Shown piece after piece: positions 25,146 through 39,082 of a stretch of 64,000 bases of DNA (its first letter is position 1; the number at the start of each line of letters is the position of its first letter). The DNA lies in assembly GCA_964016885.1 (NCBI GenBank), contig OZ024746.1, forward strand, positions 18,848,001 to 18,912,000, read 5' to 3'. Origin of the DNA: Eledone cirrhosa. Its lineage: Eukaryota. The notes under the pieces were generated by a model. That model had not been told where the DNA came from and did not search any database. It saw only the letters and a list, made by a program, of their open reading frames with translations. The translations under genes were made by a program, and so were the position numbers.

Positions 25146-26963
25146 TATGATAGTGGCATGCAGAATAAATTTACTTAAGCACTATATACCATCCATATGA
25201 GGCTTCAATCAATAGAGGAATATTTGATCATGAGGTCCCAGGTTTGATCCCACTACATGGCAAACAATAACTTAACATGGTTTTTATATAAATTTATACT
25301 GGCAGATTTTTTAAATTTAAATAGGAACTGTTTAAAATGGGTGGGTTTAGTTTTGTAGAACCAAAGTCAGTTTGGCTGGGTTGGTATCAAAAGGGTTAGT
25401 TAATTGATTTAGGCCTAATATCTTACTGGTGCATATTGTATTGATTCTAGAAGAATGAAAGACAAAATTAAACCCAATAAGGTTGAAACACAGAACAAAG
25501 AGTTGTCTGTTGAGAAAACAGATGCCTGAAAATGTGATTTGGCAGTTAGAGAAAATAATGTAACTAACCATATTCTGAGAAATACAGATAAACACAAATA
25601 AGGTGATAAGAGAAAAACAGAGCATGTGAATGTTGTTCTACACTGATTGAGATGGTATGTTGATCAGGTGATCAAATATCAGTGAAAGAAATATTATTTT
25701 GAAATTATAGACACTTGGAAAAGAAGATAGCAAATATCATGAGAAGTGAGGACTAGGCAGCAACATCCTATCTATGAAACATTGAGTTAATAAAATAATT
25801 CTTTATAGAATCAATAATAGGTAGACTGACTGTAAATGGAATCTAAAACACAGTAATCAGTGGAAGTGTGAACATTTTAAGTAACATTCTACCTATAGAA
25901 CAACATACTTGGATATACATGGGCCTACATATACACACACTTCTATAATGTTTATAATAATTGTGAGATAACTTGTGAGATATCACAAGTTATTACATAT
26001 AAAAAATATCACTGGAAAAAGATCAGATAACGACCCTTATACAATGATGAGAATGGACCAAGAAAATGGTGATCATAAAGGTAATATATGTATTGTAAAA
26101 AAAAAATGAAGCAAGACATGAAGGAGTGGTAAAAATAAATATATCATGAAGCATAACAAGGTGTTTAAAAGAGACAAGAGGAAAGAGAGGACTAGCACTC
26201 CAATCAGGTGGTATCTTAAACAACTGCATGAGCCTAAAAGCCAATGACTTGAAAGGGTCATCTGGTTCTTCCAGCCTCACGGGGCAACAAGCCATAAAAT
26301 TGGAAAGATTACACCAACCCTGTGCTATTCCATCTGGCAGCCCTGGGACCAAATAAATAACATCCCCCACCATCACATAGAACATCATTGACAAGGCACC
26401 TCCTTACATTCTCTTTTAATTACCAACTTTGCTTCAGTGAGAGGATGCACATCTGCAGTATTCATAAATTGAAACAACATTTTGCTGCCAACAGGGAAAC
26501 ACCCTGTTAATCAATTTTTAGCTACTGGCTCTGATATCCTACAAATACCATCTTGGCTCTATCTGGCCCATATGTATGTGCAGAGTGGACAAGCCTTACC
26601 ATGTATACCAGAAGAATACCTAGATAAATCTCACTGTAGCATGAGGTACATAGATTTAATACAAAGCAACTATCTAGTGTCTGATGTCGAAAGTTCATCA
26701 TTATATCTATCATATTTAACAGACTTGTTGGTGCTATCAGGCTGCTTAACTAATATCACATGTGATCAGCAACTGAGATAAACTGATGCAACTGATCACA
26801 TAGTACCACATGACCTGAGCTAATCGTTATAATTTACTTTACAGCTACATATCCATATATCAGTGCTTCTTTTAAATGCATCTAAAAAGTTAGACATGTT
26901 TGTGTCTAACAAAACCACTGGTAATGCATGAATAAGTCAAACTGTTCATACACACACACACAT

Positions 26964-26965
<2 letters not shown>

Positions 26966-27026
<61 letters not shown>
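26966..27026. repeat. (TG)n microsatellite
   Basis: Direct reading. Confidence 0.95.
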
Positions 27027-27030
<4 letters not shown>

Positions 27031-27784
27031 AAGACCTTTATTGCTTCAATCAGTCCACAAAACACTCAGCAAACATCCTAAATTGAACACCAGCCTGCAC
27101 TCATGATTCCTGCTAAACCAACCTGTGACCCACCCTCCAAATTCGGTAAACCAACACACACACACACACACACACACACGCATATATCTATATATAACTG
27201 GCAGCCCCTTTAATGCATAGAAAAAGAAGCAGAAACATGGTAAGAACAGTGTAGAAGTAGAAAGACATAATACAGAACATATGTTGGATATGTTTGCAAG
27301 AGAATCAAACAAGAAGCTTTTATATTAATAATAGACACAGAATACACCACAGAGCAGCAGCAGAGGGGGGTTATTTTCTTTCCTTCTCTTCTCCCAGGTG
27401 CCAAAGGTCCTACCTAAAACATACAGTATCTACTTAAGATAAAGAATTAAATTTAATATCAGCTGCATCAGTTTGCTAGATACCATATACCTGTATTAGT
27501 TAAGTAACAGTAATACATAAAGCAAACAAAAATAAAAATAAACCAAACGTAACGCTTTCTTCCTTAATCAAATAATTGTTTATTTAACTTAATGATTATC
27601 TCTACAGATATCTTACCCCAGGTATTTCTCTCTTTCACTCTCACATATGTTTTCAGTTTCGTTCCTAAAGTTACCTTTAACTAGACAAAACAGTTTCAAC
27701 ACAACAACACAACTTACTCCTGCTACCAGTTGAACATGGACAATATCTGATTAAGTTTATTAATTTTCTAAAATAAATGAATAA

Positions 27785-28065
27785 AGATTGAGAGAAATCA
27801 CAGCTCTGATACTACGGACATGCGGTTAGAATGTCTCAGGAAAGAATCACTGGACATATTTTATGGGCAAAACTAACTGGCAGGAGACCGAGGGGGTAGA
27901 CTCTGAGCAAGATAGTTGGATAACAACCATGAGCTTGGCTGGTCTCACTTGGGGATTCAGTTAGATCAATTGGAGACAGTTGCTTCTGACAGGACCCATT
28001 GGAAGGAGTGTTTGAGGACTCTGCTCCCATGACCCGCCCAGTAATAAGTGGGTGAGGAAGAGGAA
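27785..28065 (+). mobile_element. RTE LINE 3' fragment (family B)
   Basis: Reverse complement of the 15050-15330 block. Confidence 0.78.
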
Positions 28066-28117
28066 CAAAGATTAACATGAGCAACTTACAGTTGATTGTA
28101 TTATTTTATAATTATTC

Positions 28118-28530
28118 AAGGGCGGTGGATTGGCAGTATCGGTAGAGGGTCAGACACCATGCTTTCCAGCATAGTTACGTCCCTTTACGATCTGAGTTCA
28201 AATCCCGCCGAGGTTGACTTTGCCTTTCATCCTTACGAGGTCGATAAAATAAAGTACCAGTAATGCACTGGGATAATTGATGGCCTTGTGCCAAAAGTAG
28301 AAACAATTATTTTATAATTATTCAGATCGTAAAGGGACGTAACTATGCTGGAAAGCATAATCCGGTAGAGGGTTGGATTATGCTTTCCAGCATAGTTACG
28401 TCCCTTTACGATCTGAGTTCAATTCCCGCCGAGGTTAACTTTGCCTTTCATCCTTACGGGGTCGATAAAATAAAGTACCAGTAATGTACTGGGATAATTG
28501 CTGGCCTTGTGCCAAAAAGTAGAAACAATT
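28118..28530 (+). mobile_element. Tandem dimer of family-A SINEs; second copy has a 5' fold-back
   Basis: Full copy GGGCGGTGGATTGGCAGTATCGGTAGAG...GAGTTCAAATCCC...AGAAACAATTATT at 28120-28310; second copy 28322-28530. Confidence 0.9.
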
Positions 28531-29581
28531 ATTTTATAATTAAAGATAGAATACATGACATGGTATAAAGAGAACAGAAGTTTATATCTACATGACTAAA
28601 CAATTGGCGAATTCATATTTATATTGTGTGTATGTGACATAACAATAAGTCTATCAAAGAGAATGGCAATTACATTTTTATAGAATTTTATGAAAAGTAT
28701 ATTTCACTAAAAGCAATGGCAAGGAAACATCAAGTCAAAACACTGTGGCTTTTTATAATTGCTCTTAATTTTCTTCACAAAACCCATACACATTTTTAAT
28801 GACCAAAATTATTTCTAAAAGAAACTTGTTGCCAGGCAAAAACCAATAAAATAAATATATTGACTGCATTTTTCAAAGGTACTTTACTGATGATATGATT
28901 TAGTTCCAAGATTCAAGCCAGTGAGCTAACAAGTATCAGATGAGAACCTGATCAACCCATCTGGAAAGACAGTAGCTCTGATAAAGTACTACCTTGGTCT
29001 GTAACGACTTGACTAACATTGCACTTGCAAGATACAAAATGCAAAGTTGACATGGGCATAAGGAGAAATAACCGAGTGAAACATAAATACAGGAGGGTAT
29101 TTCTATTAGTGTGTATCAGGTTTTGTTCAAACCAACACCGATATAAACATACACTTCAGCAGCTTGGAAATTAAATGATGATGATGATGTATATATATAT
29201 CGGAAATGTATTTGTTTTGCAAGGTTTTTTATATGAAATTGTGTGTTGAAACATATATTGTTATATTTGGGAAGGGTCATATTGTCCTAATATTGCTAAA
29301 AAAATAGTATATGTATATACGAGAGATACAGAGTTTTTGACTCTGTAGTGGTTGCTGACCTTTTATTTTCTGTCTCTAGAGTATTTTACCCCATTTTTTT
29401 CAGTATTATTTATAGTTATCAATTGTTGTAGCTTTTTTTTTTTTTTTTTTTTTTTTGTCACTAAGGGTATTTTACCCAATTTTCTAAAGTGATTTATAGC
29501 GCTCAACTGTTGTTGCAGTTATTTTATGCAATTAGATGCCCACATCTTCAAATCACCCAAGCGCTCCTTTAAACCCCTTAC

Positions 29582-29635
<54 letters not shown>

Positions 29636-30394
29636 AATACATATAAACATACATGTATATGCATATAGAAACACACTACATATAGACACGGCCTCACATG
29701 CACGTACATATATGAAAGGCTTTTGTCAGTTGCTCTAAAAAAAATGATTATTACTACCATCTACCATTTCAATGATACAAGAACATCATGTTTTATCTTG
29801 CTCAACCAACAGAAAATGTTTAAGCAAAGCTGCTGAGATTTATTTTCTGAAAGAAAAACAACACAGAAACAAAAACAACAACAACAAAAACCCTCAACAA
29901 ACTATATCCTATGTTTATCTAAAATGTTAATGAGAAAGTAATCTGACAATAGGAAGGACATGGGTAAGACTGGAATAAGACAAAGCAAAAGAGAAACACA
30001 ACTTCTTAATGAAAACAACTTTAGTTGAGGCTGAATAATCTAACCAGTGAAGAACTATATACAAAATAGCAAGCTGCTAGCTATTAACTTGCTTGATTGG
30101 TGCCATTATAGTGAGTTTATTGTTTATATACATATACATACACCATATATATATATGGGGAATCTGCATGCGGCTGTAAGGTAAAACAGTTTGTTTCGTG
30201 ATCCTGTTAGTTCAGATTTAATCCCACTACATGGCAAGTGTGTTTTACTATATAGCCCCAAGTTGACAATAGCTTGCAAATGAAATTTAGTAGACAGATA
30301 GAAACAGCTTTCACATTAGAGATTGATAAATTAAGTACTAGACTGAAACAAGCATTTGGGTTGATATGACCTTGAATAAAAGCTTTGAGGCAGT

Positions 30395-30508
30395 CACTCT
30401 CAATGTAGACACAATGAAGGGGAGGTCAGGTGAGAATCTAAAGATATAGTAAAAGCAAGTGGATGTGAGATGAGGTGGAGAGGAGCCTCAGTCAAACAAT
30501 TTATGGGG

Positions 30509-30539
<31 letters not shown>

Positions 30540-30760
30540 AACAATGCTACATATTTTTCTGTGTAGGAAACAATGATGAGATTGTGAGAGTAAGTATACT
30601 CTTGGTAGAAAACTGGGTGGATAAGGTAATTAAGGTAGGAAGAATGAGCAATAGAATCATTAAACTTAGATTAGTCCTAGACAACAGTGACAATTATCTC
30701 TGCTTATGTACTGCAAGCTGAACAGAAGGACCACTTTTAAGAAATCCTCAGGCAGACTAC
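30395..30760 (+). mobile_element. RTE LINE AP-endonuclease fragment interrupted by poly(A)
   Basis: TLNVDTMKGRSGE...EMRWRGAS...VSILLVENWVDKVIKVGRMSNRIIKLRLVL. Confidence 0.72.
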
Positions 30761-30766
30761 CTCGTT

Positions 30767-31262
30767 AGTAATAATAATGGTTTCTGATTTAGGCACACAG
30801 GGGAGGGGCAAGTCGATTAAAACAATCCCAGTTTGCATTACTGGTACTTTATTTTATTGACCCCATAAAGATGAAAAGCAAAGCTAACCTCGGTGGGATT
30901 TGAACTCAGAACGTAAAGGGAAGTAACTATATACCACAAAGTATGTTGTCCGATGCTCTACTGATACTGCCAATCCACCGTATAATAATAAAGATTTGTA
31001 ATAATAGTTTTCGATTTAGGCACAAGGCCAACAATTTTTGGGGAGAGGAAAGTCGATTAAATCGACCCCACTGCATTACTGGTATTTTATTTTATCAATT
31101 TTGAAAGGATGAAAGGCAAAGTTGACCTCATTTATAATAATTCAAAGCCAGCAATTTGACCCCAATATTTAATTGGTACTTTATTTTATTGATCCCAGAA
31201 AGATAAAAGGCAAAGTCAACTGCAGTGGGATTTGAACTCAGAATATTAAAAGATGTAACTAA
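30767..31262 (-). mobile_element. Cluster of three family-A SINE copies or fragments
   Basis: Three cores (ggtactttattttat...gaaaggcaaag) at about 30840, 31080 and 31175. Confidence 0.8.
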
Positions 31263-32107
31263 ATAATACATGTTTAGTCAGCCACATTATAAGTCAATCT
31301 TGGCAAGATTTTAATAACTTGTAAATAGCAAATTTATTTTGCCAATGTTTACTATGATGATTATGAAAAAAAAAACAAACAAAAAAAAAACAAATAAACA
31401 AAAAGAGGTATATGTAGAAGTTTAAGCAAAGATATAAATGTTCCCCCCAATAAATCCAGTTCATGGCAGAAGGTACTAAAGAAAGAAGGAAAAAAAATAA
31501 ATAATCTTTGCAACGCATCTCCATGTTTTCTTACACGTTTTGTAGTTCTGATGAAAACAGAAAATATCAGCAGACAGGTATCACAAGCTGATTCACCATT
31601 GAAGACGGCACAGTAGATTAGATATCAGAGGTGGGATGAATAAACAGAGGGGTGCAATTAGGTACAAACATTAGTCATTGCAACCTTCACTGAGAGATCT
31701 TAGTTACATAAGCCTAATGTGAAAGCACATACACTTGGATGGATCTGTGCTATTCATAGGTCAACATAGAGAGAGCATTATGAAACACAGTATGATAATG
31801 TTGGGTGAACTTGCTAGTAAAAACTGAGAGTAGAAATAAGTAATTAAAAATACTAAGTTACAAATAAAAATAATAAAATAAAGATTATGTAGACTTATTT
31901 CAACTTTAAATGGTTAGTGAAAATAGATGCTGTTACTATGAAGCTAGTAAGTAATTCCTCTATAATTATGTTGGGAGTAAGGTGTTTGATACAACTGGAT
32001 GCTCTGGGTGAAGGTAATGCTCTGGGTGAAGGTAAACTAGACTTTAGTGAAATTTGAACTGGGAGCATAGAAAACTAAAAGAAAATATTAGAAGAAGGCA
32101 ATTATTT

Positions 32108-32255
32108 AGTGGAAGCGCATGGCTTAGTGGTAAGGGTGTTGGAGATATGGTAAAATTGCTGTGGGTTTGATTCCTAGACTGGTTTGTGTGTTGTGTTCTT
32201 GAGCAAAACACTCCATTTCCCGTTGCTCCAGTATACTCAGCTGAAAATGAGTGAC
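32108..32255 (+). mobile_element. SINE family B 5' part
   Basis: TGGCTTAGTGGTAAGGG A-box, GGTTTGATTCC B-box, gttcttgagcaaaacac CORE-like motif. Confidence 0.72.
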
Positions 32256-32664
32256 ATTGTCTCTCTCCTGCCATCATCCTCCTAGCCTTCACCAATCTTC
32301 CACCTGACAGCATTTTTTTGCAGGTGTCTGCCTGTCCTGCTCACGATTGGTACCTGACTATCATTCTATCTCGCCATGGCTCTTGGATGTCATCTACCTC
32401 TCACTGTCACCCATACCCCTTAATATACCACTTGCCATTGTCTATTCAACCTCCTACTATTAACAAACTACTTACTCTCTTCCATTAACCCCTCCCATAT
32501 CATCACATCACCCTGTCTCCTACTATTCCTCATATACCTCTGTTCCCTCCTTTAGCCCCCCCCCCCCTGCTCTTCTTCCTCTTGAGCACATTTGCCTTGT
32601 TTCAAGGCAAATGTAAAGGGTTGGCATTAGGAAGGTCATCCATTTCTACTGATGTGGTTTAGAG

Positions 32665-33004
32665 CAGGGTTTCCCAACTTGGGTGATATTGCCCACTCAT
32701 GGGAAATTTACACTGACCAGAAAATAGTGGGTGATTGAAAATTTTGGTGGATGATATAGGATTTTGATTATTTAGGTTATTTCAATATAAGCTACCCACA
32801 AAAAAATATTCAAAGGAGATATGCAAAGAACCTGTATATATAAAAAAACAAAAAAACAAAACAAAACAAAAAACAGTGGGCTAAATGGGAATAACAAACC
32901 AGTAACACACTTTTACCAGTTTTGGTATTTACTATATATGTGGGCAGTGGAAAATTTTTCCAAGTGAAAGTAGGTAAGGACAGAAAATAGTTTGGGAACC
33001 CTTG
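32665..33004. mobile_element. hAT-Charlie-like MITE nested in a family-C SINE
   Basis: TIRs CAGGGTTTCCCAAC / TTTGGGAACCCTTG; degenerate 8-bp TSD gtttagag / gtctgtag; SINE-C halves on either side. Confidence 0.65.
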
Positions 33005-33139
33005 GTCTGTAGTGACCTGTCCAACCCAAGCCAGCATGAAAAAGCAGATGTAAAAAGAGGTAAAGATATCTTTTTGAGATCAATTAAACATGTATCAATT
33101 ATATATAGTTTCTATTATGTCTATTATATTTCTGGTAGC

Positions 33140-33333
33140 AGGGTGGTGGACTGGCAATAATCGGTAGAGTGACAGTCATGGCCCTTTACATTCTGAGTTC
33201 AAATTCTGCCACGGTTAGCTTTGCCTTTCATCCTTACAGGGTCGATAAAATAAAGTACCAGTAACACACTGGGGTTGATGATGTAATCAACTTTCCTCTC
33301 CTCCAAAATTGTTGGCCTATATAAGAAACCATT
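33140..33333 (+). mobile_element. SINE family A
   Basis: GGGTGGTGGACTGGCAATAATCGGTAG head, B-box and core. Confidence 0.8.
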
Positions 33334-33985
33334 AAATTCCTTATAAACACCTTACAAGACAAATGATTCCTAACAAAGAAATAACTATCCTACAAAGATG
33401 CACCTTTAAGTCTAAACCTCCTGAAAATGTCATCTATCTACAAGAAGCAACACTCTTATTGTTTGATAAATAATTTTTATCACTTGCTGGATTATTTAAT
33501 GTTCAAGAAATGGTTGCACACAATGGCCATTATGATGAAAAATACAACTCTTCATTAAAAAGACAAACAAAAAATGAATCACATACTTCCACAATAGAAA
33601 TCAAATCAAATCTAATAAAATAAATCTATTTCTTTTGATCATAAACAAAAACCAAAAACACAGGCATCAGAAATAACATTATTTGTAATTATAAACAGAA
33701 ATATGGATTCAAATCCAGAGAAACAGATACAATATATATATATGTAATGATGGTATATGATGAATTTCATTGTATATTCTGTTCATAATTTGGCAGTATA
33801 TATTAACAATAACTGCAGGCCTGCATCAACTTGATCAAAAGCAACAGTGTTAAAACCTCACCCTCTCTCAACAATTCACATGCAATCTATATTTCGAAAT
33901 ACTCAACATGACAAATATACACAAAAATCTAAGTGTAATTAATGCCATTTGTTTATTCTATAACATTAGTATTATCATTATTATT

Positions 33986-34456
33986 ATGTTCTGGGCGGGA
34001 ATCTAATTCGTGAATATTGTATCATTTCCTCAGCTTAAAAGTTGCATTCCTCCCCCTGCAACATATCTCCAGATGATGACTACTACTACTACTATTAATA
34101 ATAATAATTGTTTCTACTTTTGGCACATGGCCAGCAATTATCCCAGTGCATTACTGGTACTTTATTTTATCGACCCCGTAAGGATGAAAGGCAAAGTTAA
34201 CCTAGGTGGGGTTCTGAGTTCAAATCCCGCCTAGGTTAACTTTGCCTTTCATCCTTACGGGGTCGATAAAATAAAGTACCAGTAATGCACTGGGATAATT
34301 GCTGGCCTTGTGCCAAAAGTAGAAACAATTATTATTATTATTATTATTATTAATAGTAGTAGTCAGCATCTGAAGATATGTTGCAGGGGGAGGAATGCAA
34401 CTTTTAAGCTGAGGAAATGATACAATATTCACGAATTAGATTCCCGCCCAGAACAT
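33986..34456. repeat. Long near-perfect inverted repeat (about 225-230-bp arms, 15-nt loop)
   Basis: 33986-34210 is the reverse complement of 34226-34456; the ORF track shows near-identical peptides on opposite strands. Confidence 0.95.
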
Positions 34457-34689
34457 TAAACTGGTATTTATTACAGACACATTTTCATATTTAGTGTATA
34501 AGTGCTAACACTTCCCTCTTTATTTTGTAGGTCGAGCTGGGCCTGCCAGTTTTGTGGGTTTTCTTAGCTTTAGGTAGTCTCAGGTTGCAGATAACTAGAT
34601 GGTGATCAGTTGACAGCTCAGCTTCTCTCTTAATATAAACATCCAGTTCAGAATTGAAGAGATCATAGATAATAACAAAATCAATTATT

Positions 34690-34860
34690 GATCTCTGTCC
34701 CCAACTACCCTTATACCATTGTATTTATGGATATTTCTGGGCTGGAAAACAGTGTTCACAATAGAGAGTCCATTAATAGAACAAAAGTCTAATAAGGTCT
34801 CCCCAACATTTACATTGGGATCACGATTCCTTCCTATCACTCCTTTCCATGTAAAGGTGA
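34690..34860 (-). mobile_element. RTE LINE endonuclease-domain fragment
   Basis: WKGVIGRN.DPNVN.GETLLDFCSINGLSIVNTVFQ..NIHKY. Confidence 0.7.
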
Positions 34861-34939
34861 ACAGCGCCAACATACAAACGTCTGGAATGTAGTTGAGATC
34901 AGGGAGTCACTCTAGGTAGAGCCACTACTACTCTGAATT

Positions 34940-35140
34940 AATACTATGGACATGTTGTTAGAATATCTCAGGAAAGACTCTCTGGAGAGATTTGACAGGC
35001 AAAACCAAGTGGCAGGAGACCCAAGAGTAGCCCCTGAGCAAGATGGTTGGATAGCATTTATGAGTTTGGTTGGTCTTGCTTGGGGATCCAGAGAAGGAGG
35101 AGAAGGGGATGAAGAAGACGGAGGAGAAGAAGAAGAAGAA
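34940..35140 (+). mobile_element. RTE family B 3' fragment ending in a GAA-rich tract
   Basis: ggacatgttgttagaatatctcaggaaaga...gcaggagaccc...gagcaagatggttggata. Confidence 0.7.
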
Positions 35141-37883
35141 GTTTATTGTAGTAAATTATGCACTTAATTTTAATGAATAAATAATTCCATGTTTAAAAAG
35201 CAATTAAAATGTAATTAAAATACAGGGGCGGGGAGATATTCAAGAATAGTTTATAAGTGTGCTGGGAGAACATGGTGTCATAGAAGATCTTACTGCTGCT
35301 GACGTTTAATTTTGGATTCAGTTGCATTAAATGGATGAGTGGAGATGCCAATCCATTATATGTGCAGGTATATTTATAGGAGTGTGGAAGCTGTGCCCTT
35401 CTCCACTGGATAATTGAAACATCACAGTGGCAATCCCAGAAGGGGCCAGCTTCATTTCCTTAATTGCCATTTCTACCATACTGTTAACTTTCCCATACAC
35501 TCTCCTCATTCAACAACATCTCATAGTAACACTTCTTTTTAGTGTCATTTAAGTGTAAATGAGCCATTGCCATTCTATACACACTTCTCTCTTGTGACAT
35601 CCTGGTTCTCTCTTGTATAGCTCTGTTTTCTTTTACTTTCTGCCTCCCCACTCTTGCTAAATAGACCTGATGTCTAGCTTCTCTCCAGACCTTTCCAAGG
35701 TAATGAAATCATTTGTCTTAGAGCTAGTCTGCAAAAGGACTTCATAGAAGCGGCCTTTCCATTTTTCTGCATATGCAGAGATGAGAGGTATAATTGTAAT
35801 AAAAAAAAAAGTCAATTACACATTCCAGTTAAGAGAATTTTAAATGGAAGATTTTATAAATGAAATATCAGTTTTAAATTAATATCTTTAAAAAAAAATC
35901 CTTTCATTTAATATTTTCTGCCAGCAGAAATATTAATATATTTATTAATATCTGGAGCATATAGCATTTTTCTTTTTGAATTCAGTCAAAAAAATTTTAG
36001 ATTTGGATGTCTTGATAAATAATTCCTATGATGATGTCGGCAGTCATCTAATATCCTAAAATATCGTAAGTCTAGCTTGTATTTCAGCAAAATAAACATC
36101 ATCAGTTCCCTCTTTGTGTGGGTTCCTTCATTTTATTTCTTCCCATTAGATTAATATTTACAGTGTACGGGGGTTGTTTGAGGTAATAAATGGCAGCAGG
36201 ATATCATTAAGATGATGAGAGTTGTTTCTGGGCTCTGAGCTTACTTATTGCCTTGAAGGGGGAATACAGAAAATACGGAAAAAAAAAAGGAAACTTATTC
36301 TTACTGCAACACAATCTTTTCCACAATATTATCATATATTTAGATGAAGTAGAAAAAGAAAAAAAAATTATTATAGAAGTTAAAGAACATAAAATGAAAG
36401 GAGAGAATTGAAATACAGCTATACTACACTAGTTATGAAGAAAGTTTAGATCTATAAGTAGTAAAGATACTACTTCAGGAAATGTGTGTGATAATACAAA
36501 GAATGAAATTGCACAAATTTATATTGCAAAAATCAGTTCTTGAATTTTAAAAAAAATGTCAAATAGTTATCCAAGTAATGGAAACAGGTTTTGAGACTGC
36601 AAAAATTAGAAAATTCATTTGTGTAGATGAAAATTGAAAATTTTAATATCATGAAGTAGGTGCTTGATTGTTTGTTAGTAATAGTAGCAGGAACTTTCAT
36701 AACATCAAAGCAGAAAGAAAGGTAGTTACCAATATAGAAAAATGTATATACATATATACATATATATATATCATCATTTAACATATATATGCACATATAT
36801 AGTGTGGAAAAATGGATGTTAAACAGTGATGATGATGATGGCAATGCTGATGATGAGACTTTTGTAATCATTAAATCAAGTGGTCTCATAAAAAATAGTA
36901 TATAAGGTAATGTGTTGATTGTTTAAGTATTAAAATGTACTTTAGTAAACTATAATGGAAGTCAACTTAAAAATATGATAGCATATGACGAATATATACA
37001 TGGGACAGGTAATATCTTCAGCTACAAAAATAATGATTAATGTAGGAAAAGGTAGAGCCAATGACAGTGTAATCTCAAATACATGAAATGAAGAGAAACA
37101 AATATCAGGTAAGACTCTTTGCATCATCATATCAGGTAAGAATTTTGTGTGCATGTGTGTGTGTGTGTGTGTTTGTGTGTGTTTGTATGTGTTTGTATGT
37201 GTGTTCATTTTTTTTGTTTTTTTTTCTACTACAAATGTATTTGGCAGAAAAGAGTATCATATGATATAGCTGGGGCTTGTGTGCAACAAAAGTAGAAAGT
37301 TGGCAACATCTGGAAAGAAACAAGATGAATATCATCTGCTGAATAATATGTCATGTTAGAGTAATAGTCTAATACTGTGATATACAGACATGATGAAAAA
37401 TGAAGATTCTACGAGTGATAATTGAAAGAGAAATCTGAGTATCTGGAGATTAAACAATATAGAATGAATTAGTTGAACAGGAATAATGAGGAGTGTTTTT
37501 CATGTTTGTTCTAAATCGAGGTGTACCCTATGTAACTGGAGTCAATACATTTTCTTTAGAATTTAGGATATGTTTATTGAAAGACATAGTAAACCAAGAT
37601 TTAATGCTTTATAGTATTTGGTTTTCTGCCTCACTGTTCCATGATGAAATTCTGTTGGGATTGATTTGGTATATTATTTCCTGGAATATTAAACATCTGT
37701 ATAAATAATATACTAGAAATTGAATCAAATAATTATGCCTGAAGCTGGCACAAGCTACCAGTATGGAGCCTGAAAAAGAAATCAATATTTTTCTCGATTT
37801 CTGAAAATTTCACAGTCAGGTTGACTAAAGACCATGATGAGTAGATGGATGCTGCAAGCATGGAAACAAATGGACGTAAAATA

Positions 37884-38105
37884 GTGATGTTGATGGCAGT
37901 GGTGGTGAGGATGGTGATGGTGGTGGTAGTGATGATGATGATGATGATGATGATGGTAGTGATGGTGATGACCGTGGTGGTGGCAGTGATGGTTAGTGGT
38001 GACATGATAATGATGGTGGTAGTGGTGGAGGTGAAGATGATAATGGAGGTGGTGATGGTAGTGGTAACATGATAATGAGAGTGGTGATAGTGGTGATGAT
38101 GATGA
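37884..38105. repeat. (GAT/GGT)n trinucleotide low-complexity tract
   Basis: Direct reading. Confidence 0.9.
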
Positions 38106-38976
38106 TTACATGTTTCTAACAGGATAAAATATAAAACAGATCATTCTAAATATATATAGAATTCAGATTATGTATGACCAAGTCTCCATTGAGTTATGAC
38201 CATGTTAGGGAAATATATCAGACACCAGAAAGATAAACTGATATTTATCTGTAGAACTGATGGGTGGCTGAGTAAGAATGGCACCAAGAAAATAAAAATG
38301 GATATTTAAAACAAATTCTTGTTCTATGTAGTCTATCATAATCATCAATGTATGGAAAGAAATTAAATTAAAAAACAAAAAAACCCACATTCTATGTTAT
38401 ATACATACACACAGATAAATTATTGTTTTAGCAACCAACTGATACATTTATATATAAACCAGCATTAAAGTCATCCTTGTAGAATATGAAGACCATAGCA
38501 GAAAGTTCAGGATTATTACACAAACACTGTACTGATACACGATACAGCATAATTTTTCATGTGAGGGCTCTGAATTATAAAACAAACAAACTTTCTAACT
38601 TGTAATTTATTTTAGAGCTTTCTTCCCATTTTGTTTTTCTTTTCAATTTAGCAGACACAATATTTATGAAATTTAATATTTTACAAGATACACAATTTCA
38701 GGACTGAAGAAAGTTTTATTGCAGAGAAAACAAGTAAAGGTTTTCTTCTTAACATCATGAGTAACCCTTAGTGCTAACTAGTTGGAGAAAAATACAGTAA
38801 ATTTTGGTTTCCTAATACTAATGAATACTTAATTCATGTAGAACATGACTAAAGATAGAAAATACACTAACTGCTTTTGTAAATTGATTTTCTAGGCGGA
38901 GTAACATGTAAATGTCGAAATAAAAATAAATATATTTATTAATCTTTCAATGAAGCTTCTGTTCAGAAGCAAAAAG

Positions 38977-39082
<106 letters not shown>

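Noticed and set aside
26023-26781. 123-aa and 99-aa ORFs in non-repetitive-looking sequence
   Set aside because: No recognisable domain or supported splice structure.
28120-28210. tRNA gene (A and B boxes)
   Set aside because: No cloverleaf; continues into a SINE core and tail present in many copies.
29190-29582. (TA)n-flanked segment that may be a mobile element
   Set aside because: Single copy in the window with no TIR, TSD or coding signal I can support.
34010-34432. Two near-identical convergent small genes
   Set aside because: Artefact of the inverted duplication; both ORFs read through SINE and microsatellite sequence.
35485-35510. GEC..W-like match to the missing WW1 exon
   Set aside because: Out of frame and inside a degenerate RTE remnant.
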